DNA from: Candidatus Latescibacterota bacterium
GTDB taxonomy: Bacteria; Latescibacterota; CBDEFO01
Direction of reading: 5' to 3'
DNA: 64,000 bases
NCBI GenBank assembly: GCA_965237525.1
Contig: CBDEFO010000008.1
Span: 224,001-288,000, forward strand
Part shown: in pieces, positions 32,708-43,163 of the stretch
Numbering within the stretch: the stretch's first letter is position 1
Layout: each line of letters opens with the position of its first letter
The notes under the pieces: generated by a model
What the model was told of the DNA's origin: nothing
Databases searched by the model: none
The model's input: the letters and a program-made list of their open reading frames with translations, nothing else
Position numbers and translations under genes: made by a program

Positions 32708-33823
32708 ATGAAAATAACAGACGTGGAAGCCATACATATATCCCTCCCCCAAGTCGAAGAGAAGGCGGACGGGACACAGGACGCCCTTATAGTAAAAATC
32801 CACACGGATGAGGGGATAACCGGAATAGGAGAGGTGGATTCCTCAGCCCATGTTGCAAAAGCCATAATCGAAGCTCCCACCTCGCATTCTCTTTGTCACG
32901 GTCTAAAGACGCTCCTTGTGGGTGAAGATCCGTTCCAGATCGAAAGAATATGGGAGAAGATGCACCAAGGCACGATATACTACGGAAGGTGCGGTGTGGT
33001 CCTGCACGCTATGGCTGGAATAGACATAGCCCTTTGGGACTTGATGGGAAAGGCCCTCGATTTGCCCGTGTACGAGCTTTTAGGGGGATGCTACAGGAAA
33101 AAGGTCAGAGCCTACGCCAGCTCCCTTTTCGGAGATACACCCAAAGACACCGGGAAATTGTCCGCTATGTACATAGATAGAGGCTTCACCGCCGTCAAAT
33201 TCGGATGGGGTCCTATGGGACAAGACGAAAAGACAGATATCGCTCTGGTGAGGGAAGCCAGAAAAGGTATGGGAGACGAAGCCGATCTTCTGATAGACGC
33301 AGGATTAGTATGGGACGCCAAGACCGCTATCCAGAGGGCCAGAAAATTTCAAGAATACAACATCTTCTGGCTTGAGGAACCTCTTCCTCCCGATGACGTG
33401 GAAGGGTACGCCCGCCTTTCGGAAGCCGTAGACATCAGGATAGCCGCTGGAGAAGAGGAGAGCACAAAAAGAGGATTCAAAGACCTGATAGAAAGGGGCA
33501 AGATAGATGTAGTCCAGGTGGATGTCACGCGCGTCGGTATAACAGAAGCCAAAAAGGTGGCTCAAATTGCACACGACAGGAACCTCCCCTGCGTCAACCA
33601 CTCCTTCACAACCGACATCAACATAGCCGCATCTTTGCATCTACTTGCAGCTATCCCCAACGCATTCATACTCGAATACACTGTCAGCACAAGTGCCATA
33701 AGAGAAAACACGACGCTTGAAAGGATCGAAGTTAAAGATGGATACGCGGACGTGCCCGACGGACCCGGTCTGGGGATCGAACTGAATGAAGAGTTTATTC
33801 AAAAGTATGTGTGGAGAGGATAA
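32708..33823 (+). CDS. Mandelate racemase/L-rhamnonate dehydratase-like enolase superfamily protein
   Basis: IDIALWDLMGK, KFG, IDAG, WLEEP, AGEEE, PGLGIE. Confidence 0.9.
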   Translation: MKITDVEAIHISLPQVEEKADGTQDALIVKIHTDEGITGIGEVDSSAHVAKAIIEAPTSHSLCHGLKTLLVGEDPFQIERIWEKMHQGTIYYGRCGVVLHAMAGIDIALWDLMGKALDLPVYELLGGCYRKKVRAYASSLFGDTPKDTGKLSAMYIDRGFTAVKFGWGPMGQDEKTDIALVREARKGMGDEADLLIDAGLVWDAKTAIQRARKFQEYNIFWLEEPLPPDDVEGYARLSEAVDIRIAAGEEESTKRGFKDLIERGKIDVVQVDVTRVGITEAKKVAQIAHDRNLPCVNHSFTTDINIAASLHLLAAIPNAFILEYTVSTSAIRENTTLERIEVKDGYADVPDGPGLGIELNEEFIQKYVWRG

Positions 33824-33832
33824 CTGCTACAG

Positions 33833-35011
33833 GTGAGTTCAGAAAAAGACGTCATAAAAAAGGACATCTTGTTCTATCTGTTCACCCACTTGTTAGACCT
33901 CTTTTTTTCGATCACCTCCCTTGCTGTTCCGCTATTGGCTATAAAGATAGGGGCTTCGGTTACCCAATTAGGGATGATAGGCACGACCTGGGCATTGAGC
34001 TATTCTTTGCTCTGTTTCCTTTCCGGAAGGTTGTCAGATAGGTTCGGACGGAATGCGATAGTATTTTCAGGGTGTATCATTGTTTCGGCGGTCTTCTTTT
34101 TGATGGCCTATGCGCGGAGCGTAGATCAAATATTGATACTGGTAGCCTTAAGTGGAGTTGGATTGTCTTTCATATGGCCCCCTATGGAGGCGACGATAGC
34201 GGAGGGAAAGGACCGTTCGACCCTGATCAAAACTATAGGTATCTTCGGTGTTGCGTGGAGTTCAGGCGTCTTTCTGGGACCAGTCATCGGAGGTTACCTC
34301 TACCAGATTGACTTTCGCATCCCCTTTTTCTTAGCCTCCGGAGGATCACTAATCTGCGGAGCGCTATCTTTATTCCTCCCCGTAAGAAAAGGTAAAATTG
34401 ATGAAGTAGTCGAAACTTTCGGTGGAGGAGAAAATAATAAGCTTTATGCAGCCTGGGTCGCCAACTTTGTCGCCTTCTTCACAAGAGGCGTAATCGGAAG
34501 TATCTTCCCCAAATTGGCTGAGGAACTCGGCATTAAACCAGGAACATTGGGTATCCTTTTCGGCTGTATTGCGGGAGTTCAGATGTTGACATTTGCCATT
34601 ATCGCATTTAATGTCAAAAGGTACAGAACAGACCTTGTGATCCCTGCCCACTTCTTGGCCTGCTTTGCCATGGTCATAACTTACACTACTGAATCTACCC
34701 TCGTCTTCGGGATGGCATTTGCATTGGTAGGATTAACCCTAGCGACAACCTTCTATTCCAGCGCCTTCTACAGCCTCTTCAATCAGAAGGGAAGAGGGAC
34801 TAAAGCGGGGGTGCACGAGGCGATGGTAGGAATGGGATTTCTGATAGGTCCCTTTACTGGAGGGTTGACCGCCGATAAATTCGGACTCGGATCTCCATAT
34901 CTTCTGTGCCTTGGGCTCTTAATCGCGGGGATTCTCGTTCAGATTTATATTTTGAAGAAGAAATCTAAAAGTTCTATCAGGATAAAGTTCGCCAACGGGA
35001 AAGAAATATAA
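33833..35011 (+). CDS. MFS transporter, copy 1
   Basis: GRLSDRFGR motif A; about 12 TM segments. Confidence 0.9.
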   Translation: MSSEKDVIKKDILFYLFTHLLDLFFSITSLAVPLLAIKIGASVTQLGMIGTTWALSYSLLCFLSGRLSDRFGRNAIVFSGCIIVSAVFFLMAYARSVDQILILVALSGVGLSFIWPPMEATIAEGKDRSTLIKTIGIFGVAWSSGVFLGPVIGGYLYQIDFRIPFFLASGGSLICGALSLFLPVRKGKIDEVVETFGGGENNKLYAAWVANFVAFFTRGVIGSIFPKLAEELGIKPGTLGILFGCIAGVQMLTFAIIAFNVKRYRTDLVIPAHFLACFAMVITYTTESTLVFGMAFALVGLTLATTFYSSAFYSLFNQKGRGTKAGVHEAMVGMGFLIGPFTGGLTADKFGLGSPYLLCLGLLIAGILVQIYILKKKSKSSIRIKFANGKEI

Positions 35012-35111
35012 CAACAGTAAGTACAACCCCATAAGAGAAAACACGACGTTTGAAAGGATCAAAAATGAGGAATTTATTCAAAAGTATGTGTGGAGAGGAT
35101 AACTTCTGCAG

Positions 35112-36263
35112 GTGGACTCAGAAAAAGACATCATAAGAAAGGACATCCCGCTCTACCTGTTCTCGCACTTCATAAACCTGTTCTTCGCGATCACTACCCT
35201 TGCTGTTCCGCTATTAGCTATAAAGATAGGGGCGACAGTTGTAGAATTAGGATTGATAGGCACGACATGGGCGGCGACTTACTCTGCGCTCTGTTTCCTC
35301 TCCGGAAAATTGTCGGACAGACTCGGCAGAAAGGCGATACTATTTTCGGGGTGTATCGTTATTTCAGCGAGCCTCTTCCGAATGGCCTATGCGGCTAGCA
35401 TGAATCAAGTTTTGATACTGGTCGCCCTCAACGGAGTCGGAGCATCTTTCATATTTCCCCCAATGCAGGCGTGGATAGCAGAGGGCAAGGATCGTTTGAT
35501 CCTGATCAAAACTATAGCCTTCTTCGGTGTTACGTGGAGTTCAGGCATCCTTTTGGGACTAATTATCGCAGGTTACCTCTACCAGATTGACTTCCGCATC
35601 CCCTTTTTCTTAGCTTCTGGAGGAGCACTAATCTGTGGAGCGTCATCCTTATTCCTCCCAGGAAGAAGAGCCAAAATCGATGATGTAGATCAAACTTTCC
35701 CAGGAGGAGAAAATAATAAGCTCTATGCAGCATGGGTTGCCAACTTCGTCGCCTTCTTCACAAGAGGTGTAATCGGAAATATCTTCCCCAAATTGGCTGA
35801 GGAACTCGGCATTAAACCAGGAACATTGGGTATCCTTTTCGGCTGTATTGCGGGAGTTCAGATGTTGACATTTGCCATCATCGCATTTAATGTCAAAAGG
35901 TACAGAACAGACCTTGTGATCCCTGCCCAATGTTTGGCCTGCTTTGCTATGGTCATAATTTACACGACCGAATCTACCCTCGCCTTGGGGGTGGCATTCA
36001 CATTGATAGGACTAACCTTAACGGCGACCTTTTATTCCAGCGCCTTTTACAGCCTCTTTAATCAGAAAGCAACGGGGGCTAAAGCGGGCATACACGAGAC
36101 GATGGTAGGAATGGGATTTCTGATAGGTCCCTTTACTGGAGGGTTGACTGCCGATAAATTCGGACTCAGATCTCCATATCTTCTGTGCCTTGGGCTCTTA
36201 ATCGCGGGGATTCTCGTTCAGACTTACCTTTCAAAGAAGAAACCCCTAACAAGTGGGAAGTAG
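35112..36263 (+). CDS. MFS transporter, copy 2 (tandem paralog)
   Basis: GKLSDRLGR; long segments identical to copy 1. Confidence 0.9.
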   Translation: MDSEKDIIRKDIPLYLFSHFINLFFAITTLAVPLLAIKIGATVVELGLIGTTWAATYSALCFLSGKLSDRLGRKAILFSGCIVISASLFRMAYAASMNQVLILVALNGVGASFIFPPMQAWIAEGKDRLILIKTIAFFGVTWSSGILLGLIIAGYLYQIDFRIPFFLASGGALICGASSLFLPGRRAKIDDVDQTFPGGENNKLYAAWVANFVAFFTRGVIGNIFPKLAEELGIKPGTLGILFGCIAGVQMLTFAIIAFNVKRYRTDLVIPAQCLACFAMVIIYTTESTLALGVAFTLIGLTLTATFYSSAFYSLFNQKATGAKAGIHETMVGMGFLIGPFTGGLTADKFGLRSPYLLCLGLLIAGILVQTYLSKKKPLTSGK

Positions 36264-36523
36264 GTAGTAGACAGAGCACCGCCTCCCTTTCCTTGAGACT
36301 GGTTGCGGTCTACTTCCCAACTGCTCCGGACGGGCTCGCGTTTCCTTCGGGGTCGGGCCGAGCGTCCCTCGTAATGATTAGACGTCTGGAGGTTAAGAGT
36401 CATTGCAAGTATCCCCTGTGTCATTGCGAGCCGAAGCCCAGAGACTTTAGCCCTGAGCGAAGCGAAGGGTGAGCCAGGCAATCTTTCTGTATGCGGTTTA
36501 CTGTTCTGCTGTCCAGTTGCAGT

Positions 36524-38116
36524 TCACAGACCCCCTAAAAACACCCTAGTGACTCCCCTTTCGGTCCCGAACCAGATGTATTCTCCATCGCGAAGGATCA
36601 CCTGCGCCGAGCGATGAGGCAGGCCCTCAGCTTCGGTGAATATCTCCCAGGTGTGGTATCTTCTGTCGAGACGAAAGACGCCCGATTGGGATGCTATCCA
36701 TACAAAGCCATCATCGGCACAGATATCCTTTATATCGCTGGAAGCTGCGCGCGGAGGGAAATATCTCCGCCAGTTGAGGGCGTCTCTATCCGCAGCAAGT
36801 ATAAAATAGCGTCCGTTCGCTACCACTCCTGTCCCGATTGAAGGAGCGGAAAGCTCCAGGGCATTTGTACCTTTGGCGATGCCTAATTCCACTGAGGTCT
36901 GTACAGGAAGAGCAGAAACCGCAAGCCATATCTCTCCTCTATCTATGACAATAGAGGTCACAGCGGCGTTATCGAGGAGTCTGTATGTGTCGGTTATTCT
37001 GGTCCACACAGAGTCGCCCCCGATTAAATCGGGGGTCGACTTTCCATCATCCTTTAGATATCTGTAGATCCCCTTTACCGTTCCGACCCATACGCTCTCA
37101 TCATCAACCTCCACATCATAGACGGCTCCTCGTTTTATCCCGTCGGGTCCAGCCTCTTCGATGATGCCGCTTGGACAGTGGAGGCGATCCAAGCCGTAGG
37201 CTGTCCCTATCCAAAGATATTCGTCGTCCAGGCATATGTCTATAACGCTATCGTCCGACAGCCCGTGGAAGGTAGTAAGGGTGTCCCAGCTATCCTTCTT
37301 CTTGTCGTACCTGGAAAGTCCGTTTATGGTTCCGAACCAGACGTATCTTTCTCCCACAGCGACAGATGTGACGTCGTTGGTGTTCAGACCGTCTATGTAT
37401 CTTGCCTCAAAATAGACCCATCCTTTTGTATTTTTATCGAATCTGCTTATGCCAGCAGATGCACCACTTGTAGAGGACGCTCCGCCGAACCAGATGGAGG
37501 AGCCGTCTGTTTCCATAGCTGAGACGTTATTTTCGATGGGTCCGAAGGGGAGCAGTTTTAACTCCAGAATCCTCAGATCCGCCACTCCTGTGCCGATACC
37601 CCACGTTCCAATCCAGAGATTTCCCCAGTCGTCTTGGATGCTCTCTGTTACAGAATACTTTCTAAAATAGGAATCGCGTATATATCCTTCGGGGTAGAAG
37701 AAATATCCTAAATCCATGATAAGCGAGGGGAGTTGGGGGCGTTCCTTCTTGCGGATCAGGCGACGCGCGAAGCCTCCCCCGTAGTTCCATAGATCCCCGG
37801 GGGGATACCATCTTGCAACTCCCCTTATGGTATCGAACCATATATCGCCGGAAGTAGGATCGAAGGCAACCCTTCTGACCCAGTTGTCAGGTAGGCCGTC
37901 GCTTGTAGTGATAGGGTCTTTCCACCCTTGTGTGTACATATCATAAATTCCGACGCCGCCAGTGGTGGCGATGTATGCAGTCGCCCCATCGAACGTTATA
38001 GATGTAACATAGCGCATATCCAGATAACTTGTCCATCGTTCTTTATCGCGTACGTCGGCCGAGGATGGATCAGCAAAGAAAGCGCAAAGATTTATAATAA
38101 TTATAAGCCTTTTCAT
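36524..38116 (-). CDS. Secreted beta-propeller protein (Reg_prop-like), with a palindromic insertion at 37017-37035
   Basis: Signal peptide; repeated WxGT..GL.RYD blades. Confidence 0.8.
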   Translation of the reverse strand: MKRLIIIINLCAFFADPSSADVRDKERWTSYLDMRYVTSITFDGATAYIATTGGVGIYDMYTQGWKDPITTSDGLPDNWVRRVAFDPTSGDIWFDTIRGVARWYPPGDLWNYGGGFARRLIRKKERPQLPSLIMDLGYFFYPEGYIRDSYFRKYSVTESIQDDWGNLWIGTWGIGTGVADLRILELKLLPFGPIENNVSAMETDGSSIWFGGASSTSGASAGISRFDKNTKGWVYFEARYIDGLNTNDVTSVAVGERYVWFGTINGLSRYDKKKDSWDTLTTFHGLSDDSVIDICLDDEYLWIGTAYGLDRLHCPSGIIEEAGPDGIKRGAVYDVEVDDESVWVGTVKGIYRYLKDDGKSTPDLIGGDSVWTRITDTYRLLDNAAVTSIVIDRGEIWLAVSALPVQTSVELGIAKGTNALELSAPSIGTGVVANGRYFILAADRDALNWRRYFPPRAASSDIKDICADDGFVWIASQSGVFRLDRRYHTWEIFTEAEGLPHRSAQVILRDGEYIWFGTERGVTRVFLGGL

Positions 38117-38123
38117 AAAGAGA

Positions 38124-38918
38124 TCACCTGGCCTCGTTGAGATAGGACATCACGTGGAATTTGTCCAAGACGATCTTCGTATCGGCGCCAGGCACATAGG
38201 CTTTGTGGCTGAAATCTAAGGGGCCCACATATCCATGGAAATCGCCTGAACCGCTTCCAACTCTTCCTTGGTAAAAAGCTGGAAGTAGGCCTCCAGGCTC
38301 TCCTGTTTGCGATCCTCTCCAACGTATTCGATGACGCCTTTCTGAAGATCGCAGACGATCGTACCGTACTTCTGGCGTTTGGCGAAGGATTTCTTGTCCA
38401 CGCCAAGGTAGGCGGGACTGGCCGCGTTTGACAGCTCGTTCCATAATACCCCAGCAGCGATCCCAGCTCAGACCAGTCAAAGGGCTGGCGGCTTCGATGC
38501 TGCAATCCTTCCCCAGGTCGATGAGGTGGCACTCCAGACCCCTCGTGAGGTCGGACCCCGTCTCTGCGCCCATTCCGAGATCACACACCGCACCCCGTGC
38601 TCTTTGCACTTCACGCGCGGCAGATGTGTAGATGCTGCCACTCACGCTACGCAAGGTGATCGTAGACCGAACAGTAACGATCGCACTCCGGGCACGGCAT
38701 CGGATGCCCGATTCGTGGTCTACATATACGTCGATCCGCTCCGGAGAGTCGCTGAGCCGTACTTCCTTAGCATATCAGGGACGCCGAATCCACAGCGGGC
38801 ACGTGTAAAGCTCTGTATCCTTCAATGTAGACCCTCCCAACATCCGGTGGCAGGGGCGAACTGGTCAACGCTAAGATACCACAAAATGTTGGGGGCACCC
38901 ACAGTATTCTCAGGAGCC
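38124..38918 (-). mobile_element. Degenerate ISL3-family remnant
   Basis: Fragments in different frames: WDRCWGIMERAV.RG, GVDKKSFAKRQKYGT, ISMDMW, IVLDKFHV. GGCTCC-type terminus at 38918. Confidence 0.8.
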
Positions 38919-38925
38919 ATAGAAC

Positions 38926-40959
38926 TTATTCCACCCAGATCCGTCCCAGCGGTTGATAGTCGTATTGCCCCCTCCAGGCTTTGAGCGTTTGCAGGGGCGT
39001 GAGGATCTGGATCGATTTTCCCTTGTAGGTGCCCCGGACCTGTGCGGTGGGCCGGTTAACCATGACGGCTAAGGTATAGAGTCCTGACGGGATGTAACCG
39101 GGGATTTTGAAGATGAAGCCGTCTTTTCGATACCACCCCACCGGGAGATCTTTGGGAATGATTTCGAGGTGCTTGGAGGCCGAAAAGCCGTGGGCCGAGG
39201 GGATTTCCATGCGGTCGTTCACAAAGGCGAATTCGGCGATGAACTTGGCATTGGGCGCACCGGTGCGCTGAACCACGAAGGTGAGTTCAAAGAGTTCGCT
39301 CCTCTGGACGATGCCGTCAATCAGTCCGGAACCAAAGGTGAGGGGCGTTCCGAAGGTCTTTGAAACACCCCGGTCCAGGCCCTCGATCTCGAAGCCGACG
39401 AAGCGGAGGTCTTTGAAATAGACCCCTTCCGAACGGACGAGCACCGGGAGAGGCTGGGAGGAGGCCTCGGCGGGAGGCTTCGGCTCGATTTTGAGGAGGT
39501 GGGGATCGACGGGGGAGCGGACGGTCCGAAAGTGGTCGTATTCCGGAGGCATCCGGTCGTCTAAAATGGTGTGGATGGGGCGGCCTGGGAAATCTTCGAG
39601 GAGACCATTGAGGATGCGGAACCGATCGGCGACGTTGAGGCTTAGGCGCAGGTCCCTGGCGTTGCGGACGAGGGGCCGGTCCAGGGCTATTTCACCCCTG
39701 AACCGGGGGGCCAGCCGCCCCAGGGTGTGGACGGTGATATCCGGGCGAAGCCCTCGGACGATCTGGAAATACTTGTAGCGGGTGGCATATCCGTCATCTT
39801 CTCCGATGATGATGGAGTTTTCGGGGAGCCGTTCGAACTGCTCCAGCAGTTTTTGGTACCGGGTTTCGTCTCCGGTTATCCGGGTGACGGCGGGGTGGTG
39901 ATGGATGAACAGATAGAGCGACAGGCCCGAGGTGAGGATTAGAGCGCTAACGAGAGCCAGGGAGTGTGGGAGGCGGGATGAGAGGAATTGAACGATGCGG
40001 TGGAGACCTAGTCCGACAAAAGCGGTTAGGAAGAAAAACGACGGCATATAGAAGACGTCTTGGTCGGGTACCTGATAGGAGAGGACCGGGAAGAGGGTGC
40101 AGAGGAAGGCGACCAGAAGCGTTGTGCCGAAAAGTCCCGATTCGTGGGATGTTCGGGAGAAGAGCCGGATGAGCAGGCCATGCCGTTCACGCCGGGGCTT
40201 CGCGCGACTAGCTTTTCTTTCTGCCTTTTTGCGTTCTTTCCGCGATTGCACAGCTCCCTTCTTTGGCCATTTGGGACGACGTCTCAAGGGATCGATTGCC
40301 AGCGCGCCAATGCCGGCGACTGCGAGAATTGCCGCGACAGGTGAGCAGTTCGTCGAGTACAACCGTAGATATGACCAGACCAGAGCTGGATAGGAACTGA
40401 GGGGGACGCCTAGGATCTTGCTGGTTGTAAATTCTTCCCCGGAGAGATACCACCAGTACCACCGGGGCGACTGGACCTCATAGCCGTTGAGGTAGACGAA
40501 GTCGCTGATAAACCCGCTGTTTTGGGCGAGACGTAACGGGATATAGACAAAAGGGAGGAGACCGATGATCCCACAGAGCGTCGCTCGGATTGCGCGGCCT
40601 TTTCTCCACTGTCCGTTTTCGACCCATGCTCCGCTGCGAAGCGTCAGGTAGACCGCGGCAGGGACGATAAGGGCCATCAGGAGGATATTGCTGGTTGCGC
40701 CGAGGGCTAGGGTGAAGATGAGGAGATAGAGCGTTTGACCTTTTCGGGTGCGGAGCCAGCGGGCCGTGAGGTAGAGGAAGAGGCCGAGGAAGGTGAGTTG
40801 CAGGGCGTAGACCTCTGCGATGGCGGCGTGGAGCCAGAAGATGAAGCCGAAGGCAAATACCCCCCAGACGCCGAAGGCCAAGAGGGAGAGGAGGCGCTTA
40901 GAGGACGTCCGGGCCGTCAGGTTGCTGGATCTAAATAGATGCATGAACGTGTTTGACAC
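38926..40959 (-). CDS. DUF2723-like (GT-C/protein O-mannosyltransferase-like) membrane protein, probably 5'-truncated
   Basis: 'FWLHAAIAEVYAL', many TM segments, 'YFQIVRGLRPDITV'; higher GC than the neighbours. Confidence 0.6.
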   Translation of the reverse strand: MSNTFMHLFRSSNLTARTSSKRLLSLLAFGVWGVFAFGFIFWLHAAIAEVYALQLTFLGLFLYLTARWLRTRKGQTLYLLIFTLALGATSNILLMALIVPAAVYLTLRSGAWVENGQWRKGRAIRATLCGIIGLLPFVYIPLRLAQNSGFISDFVYLNGYEVQSPRWYWWYLSGEEFTTSKILGVPLSSYPALVWSYLRLYSTNCSPVAAILAVAGIGALAIDPLRRRPKWPKKGAVQSRKERKKAERKASRAKPRRERHGLLIRLFSRTSHESGLFGTTLLVAFLCTLFPVLSYQVPDQDVFYMPSFFFLTAFVGLGLHRIVQFLSSRLPHSLALVSALILTSGLSLYLFIHHHPAVTRITGDETRYQKLLEQFERLPENSIIIGEDDGYATRYKYFQIVRGLRPDITVHTLGRLAPRFRGEIALDRPLVRNARDLRLSLNVADRFRILNGLLEDFPGRPIHTILDDRMPPEYDHFRTVRSPVDPHLLKIEPKPPAEASSQPLPVLVRSEGVYFKDLRFVGFEIEGLDRGVSKTFGTPLTFGSGLIDGIVQRSELFELTFVVQRTGAPNAKFIAEFAFVNDRMEIPSAHGFSASKHLEIIPKDLPVGWYRKDGFIFKIPGYIPSGLYTLAVMVNRPTAQVRGTYKGKSIQILTPLQTLKAWRGQYDYQPLGRIWVE

Positions 40960-41459
40960 TGGCCATTCTCTCTGTTCGCCTTGAGCTTAAACCCTCAAGC
41001 TGGCTTTCGACGTGTTCCCTGAGTCCCTCATCGACGGGGCTTGACGGGACTGTCGCGCCGGTGGCTTTGAGTTTGTCCGGACAGTAGATGCCGTGGCAGA
41101 TGAAGGAGCGGTTCCGGTGGTCGGCGAGGTGCTGGCCGACCGGGATCTCCTCCATGGTGCGCTCGGGGGCGTCGAGGATGCAGATGAAAATTCGGTCAAT
41201 TGTGCAAATGGTCCCTATCTGACAACTCTAAGCCAAATAAAGCTAAGGGATTTGTTCAGCGTTGTCAACGAAATGTTTGACAAAGGGGCCTATGATAGTT
41301 ATCTTTTCAAATAATGGAAACTTCATCGGCGATCCGAAAGTCTAAAATCTATACGAAAGAGGCAAACACATAGGTTGCCTATTATACACGACAAATCTTG
41401 ATGGGCGCAAAGAGAGGTCTGCCCGTACTGACTACCGTCTACACAAAAAAGGGATCTTT

Positions 41460-42422
41460 ATGTCTTTTAGAAACGCCTTTTTATACTGGACAATTCTGGC
41501 GTTGGTCATTACAACCGGTGTGGTTGATAAGGCGGAGGCGGCGACAAAGTTCGCTGGAGATTTTCTGGCATTTGGAGCCGGAGCAAGATCGCTCGGTATG
41601 GGCGGAGCCTTCGTAGCAATAAGTGACGATGCCACGGCTGGATACTGGAATCCCGCAGGCTTGACCCAATTGAGAAAAAAAGAGGCTATTGTGATGCACT
41701 CTGAGCGGTTCGGAGGGGAGTTCAAATACGATTTGTTCGGCGTTGCCCTCCCGATAGAACAATTGGGAGGAGTCGGAATAAATGTCGTAAGAGTCGGATC
41801 GGATGACATCAAATTCACGGAACTTCCCGACCCATCGAAGGAGATCAGCGGAAGGAACCGCCCTCGGGTCTCAAAGATCGTAAGCAACGCCGATTACGGA
41901 ATATTTCTTTCAAACGGACGGAGAGTCTTTACGGACCTTTCTTTAGGAGGAACCATCAAGTTTATCAGAAGGTCAATAGGTGACAATACGGCGTTCGGGT
42001 ATGGGATAGACATAGGCGCCCTCTATTCATCTTCCATGGGATTCTCGATAGGGCTCAATCTGGCGGACGTCACCTCTACGAAAATCACGTGGGACACTGG
42101 AGCCAAGGATAAGATAGAACCCTCCTTGATCCTGGGTGCTGCATATACTTGGAACCTGCCCTTCCCAGAAAGCAAAATCACGGGGGCGTTCAGTTCAGAT
42201 GTAGGAGGAGAATCATCCGCGGGGATAGACACAGGAACAAACAACAGCGGTGTAGAGTACTGGTACCGGGATTCTATAGCTATAAGAGCCGGCTTCCAGG
42301 GGGAAAATCTCACGGTAGGTGCAGGATTGAGGTTATATCGTAAATTCGGATTGGACCTGGCCTTTCTAAGCCACGATGATCTGGATAATACGTACCGTAT
42401 ATCAGCGTCTTTACAGTTTTGA
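41460..42422 (+). CDS. PorV/PorQ family outer-membrane protein
   Basis: FLAFGAGARSLGMGGAF...YWNPAGL; terminal Phe. Confidence 0.85.
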   Translation: MSFRNAFLYWTILALVITTGVVDKAEAATKFAGDFLAFGAGARSLGMGGAFVAISDDATAGYWNPAGLTQLRKKEAIVMHSERFGGEFKYDLFGVALPIEQLGGVGINVVRVGSDDIKFTELPDPSKEISGRNRPRVSKIVSNADYGIFLSNGRRVFTDLSLGGTIKFIRRSIGDNTAFGYGIDIGALYSSSMGFSIGLNLADVTSTKITWDTGAKDKIEPSLILGAAYTWNLPFPESKITGAFSSDVGGESSAGIDTGTNNSGVEYWYRDSIAIRAGFQGENLTVGAGLRLYRKFGLDLAFLSHDDLDNTYRISASLQF

Positions 42423-43000
42423 GGGCTATGATAGAAAAGGTAAAAGGTAGGTTAGAAGAGAGCGCACAGGTAAAAAGAAAGATGATTGAGGAAGGTTCTG
42501 CGGATGATATTGTAAGAATAGCCGACTGCCTCATAGAATCGCTCCATTCGGAGGGAAAGCTCCTTTTGTGCGGAAATGGAGGCAGCGCAGCGGATTCCCA
42601 GCATATGGCCGCTGAGCTTGTGGGCAGGTTCAAGATAGAAAGAAAGGGCCTTCCGGCCATATCGCTGACGACAGATACCTCTATTTTAACGGCGCTGTCA
42701 AACGATTACGACTACGATTCAGTATTTTCCCGTCAAATAGAAGCCCTGGGCAAGGCGGGAGACACACTCGTGGCTTTCTCTACAAGTGGAAACTCCAAGA
42801 ATGTCCTCGAGGCAGTGGAATTAGCCAAAAAGATGGGCATCCGGACCGTGGGATTCACCGGAGGCGACGGAGGAAAGCTCGCAAAAGCGGTGGATATCTG
42901 CCTTGTAGTACCTGCAGTGGGCTCCGACTTGATTCAAGAGGGGCATATTACCGCGTATCACATCATCTGCGGATTCATCGAAGAGGAATTCACCTCTTAA
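42419..43000 (+). CDS. gmhA: Phosphoheptose (sedoheptulose-7-phosphate) isomerase
   Basis: CGNGGSAADSQHMAAE, STSGNS, IQEGH. Confidence 0.95.
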   Translation: MRAMIEKVKGRLEESAQVKRKMIEEGSADDIVRIADCLIESLHSEGKLLLCGNGGSAADSQHMAAELVGRFKIERKGLPAISLTTDTSILTALSNDYDYDSVFSRQIEALGKAGDTLVAFSTSGNSKNVLEAVELAKKMGIRTVGFTGGDGGKLAKAVDICLVVPAVGSDLIQEGHITAYHIICGFIEEEFTS

Positions 43001-43163
43001 TCCTTCCTGAAGATTCAACTTACCGAGCCTGTGCCTCATCCTTTGCCGGGCAGGCACGTGTTTCTCCTTGACTTTGAGGGATAAATAGCGTATCATTTTA
43101 CGTAACATTTTCACAGCTGTCTCGAACGTGGAGGCTCCAATCGTCAATGGAGGTGATACCACA

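Noticed and set aside
41359..41430. c-di-GMP-I riboswitch-like words (GGCAAAC...GGGCGCAAAG...GGTCT)
   Set aside because: The spacing and stem pairing do not fit; an Rfam/Infernal search would be needed.
41748..41769. CTCCCGATAGAACAATTGGGAG in the PorV gene resembling the mini-palindrome
   Set aside because: It has several mismatches, and the peptide LPIEQLG fits a normal barrel turn with no evident extra length.
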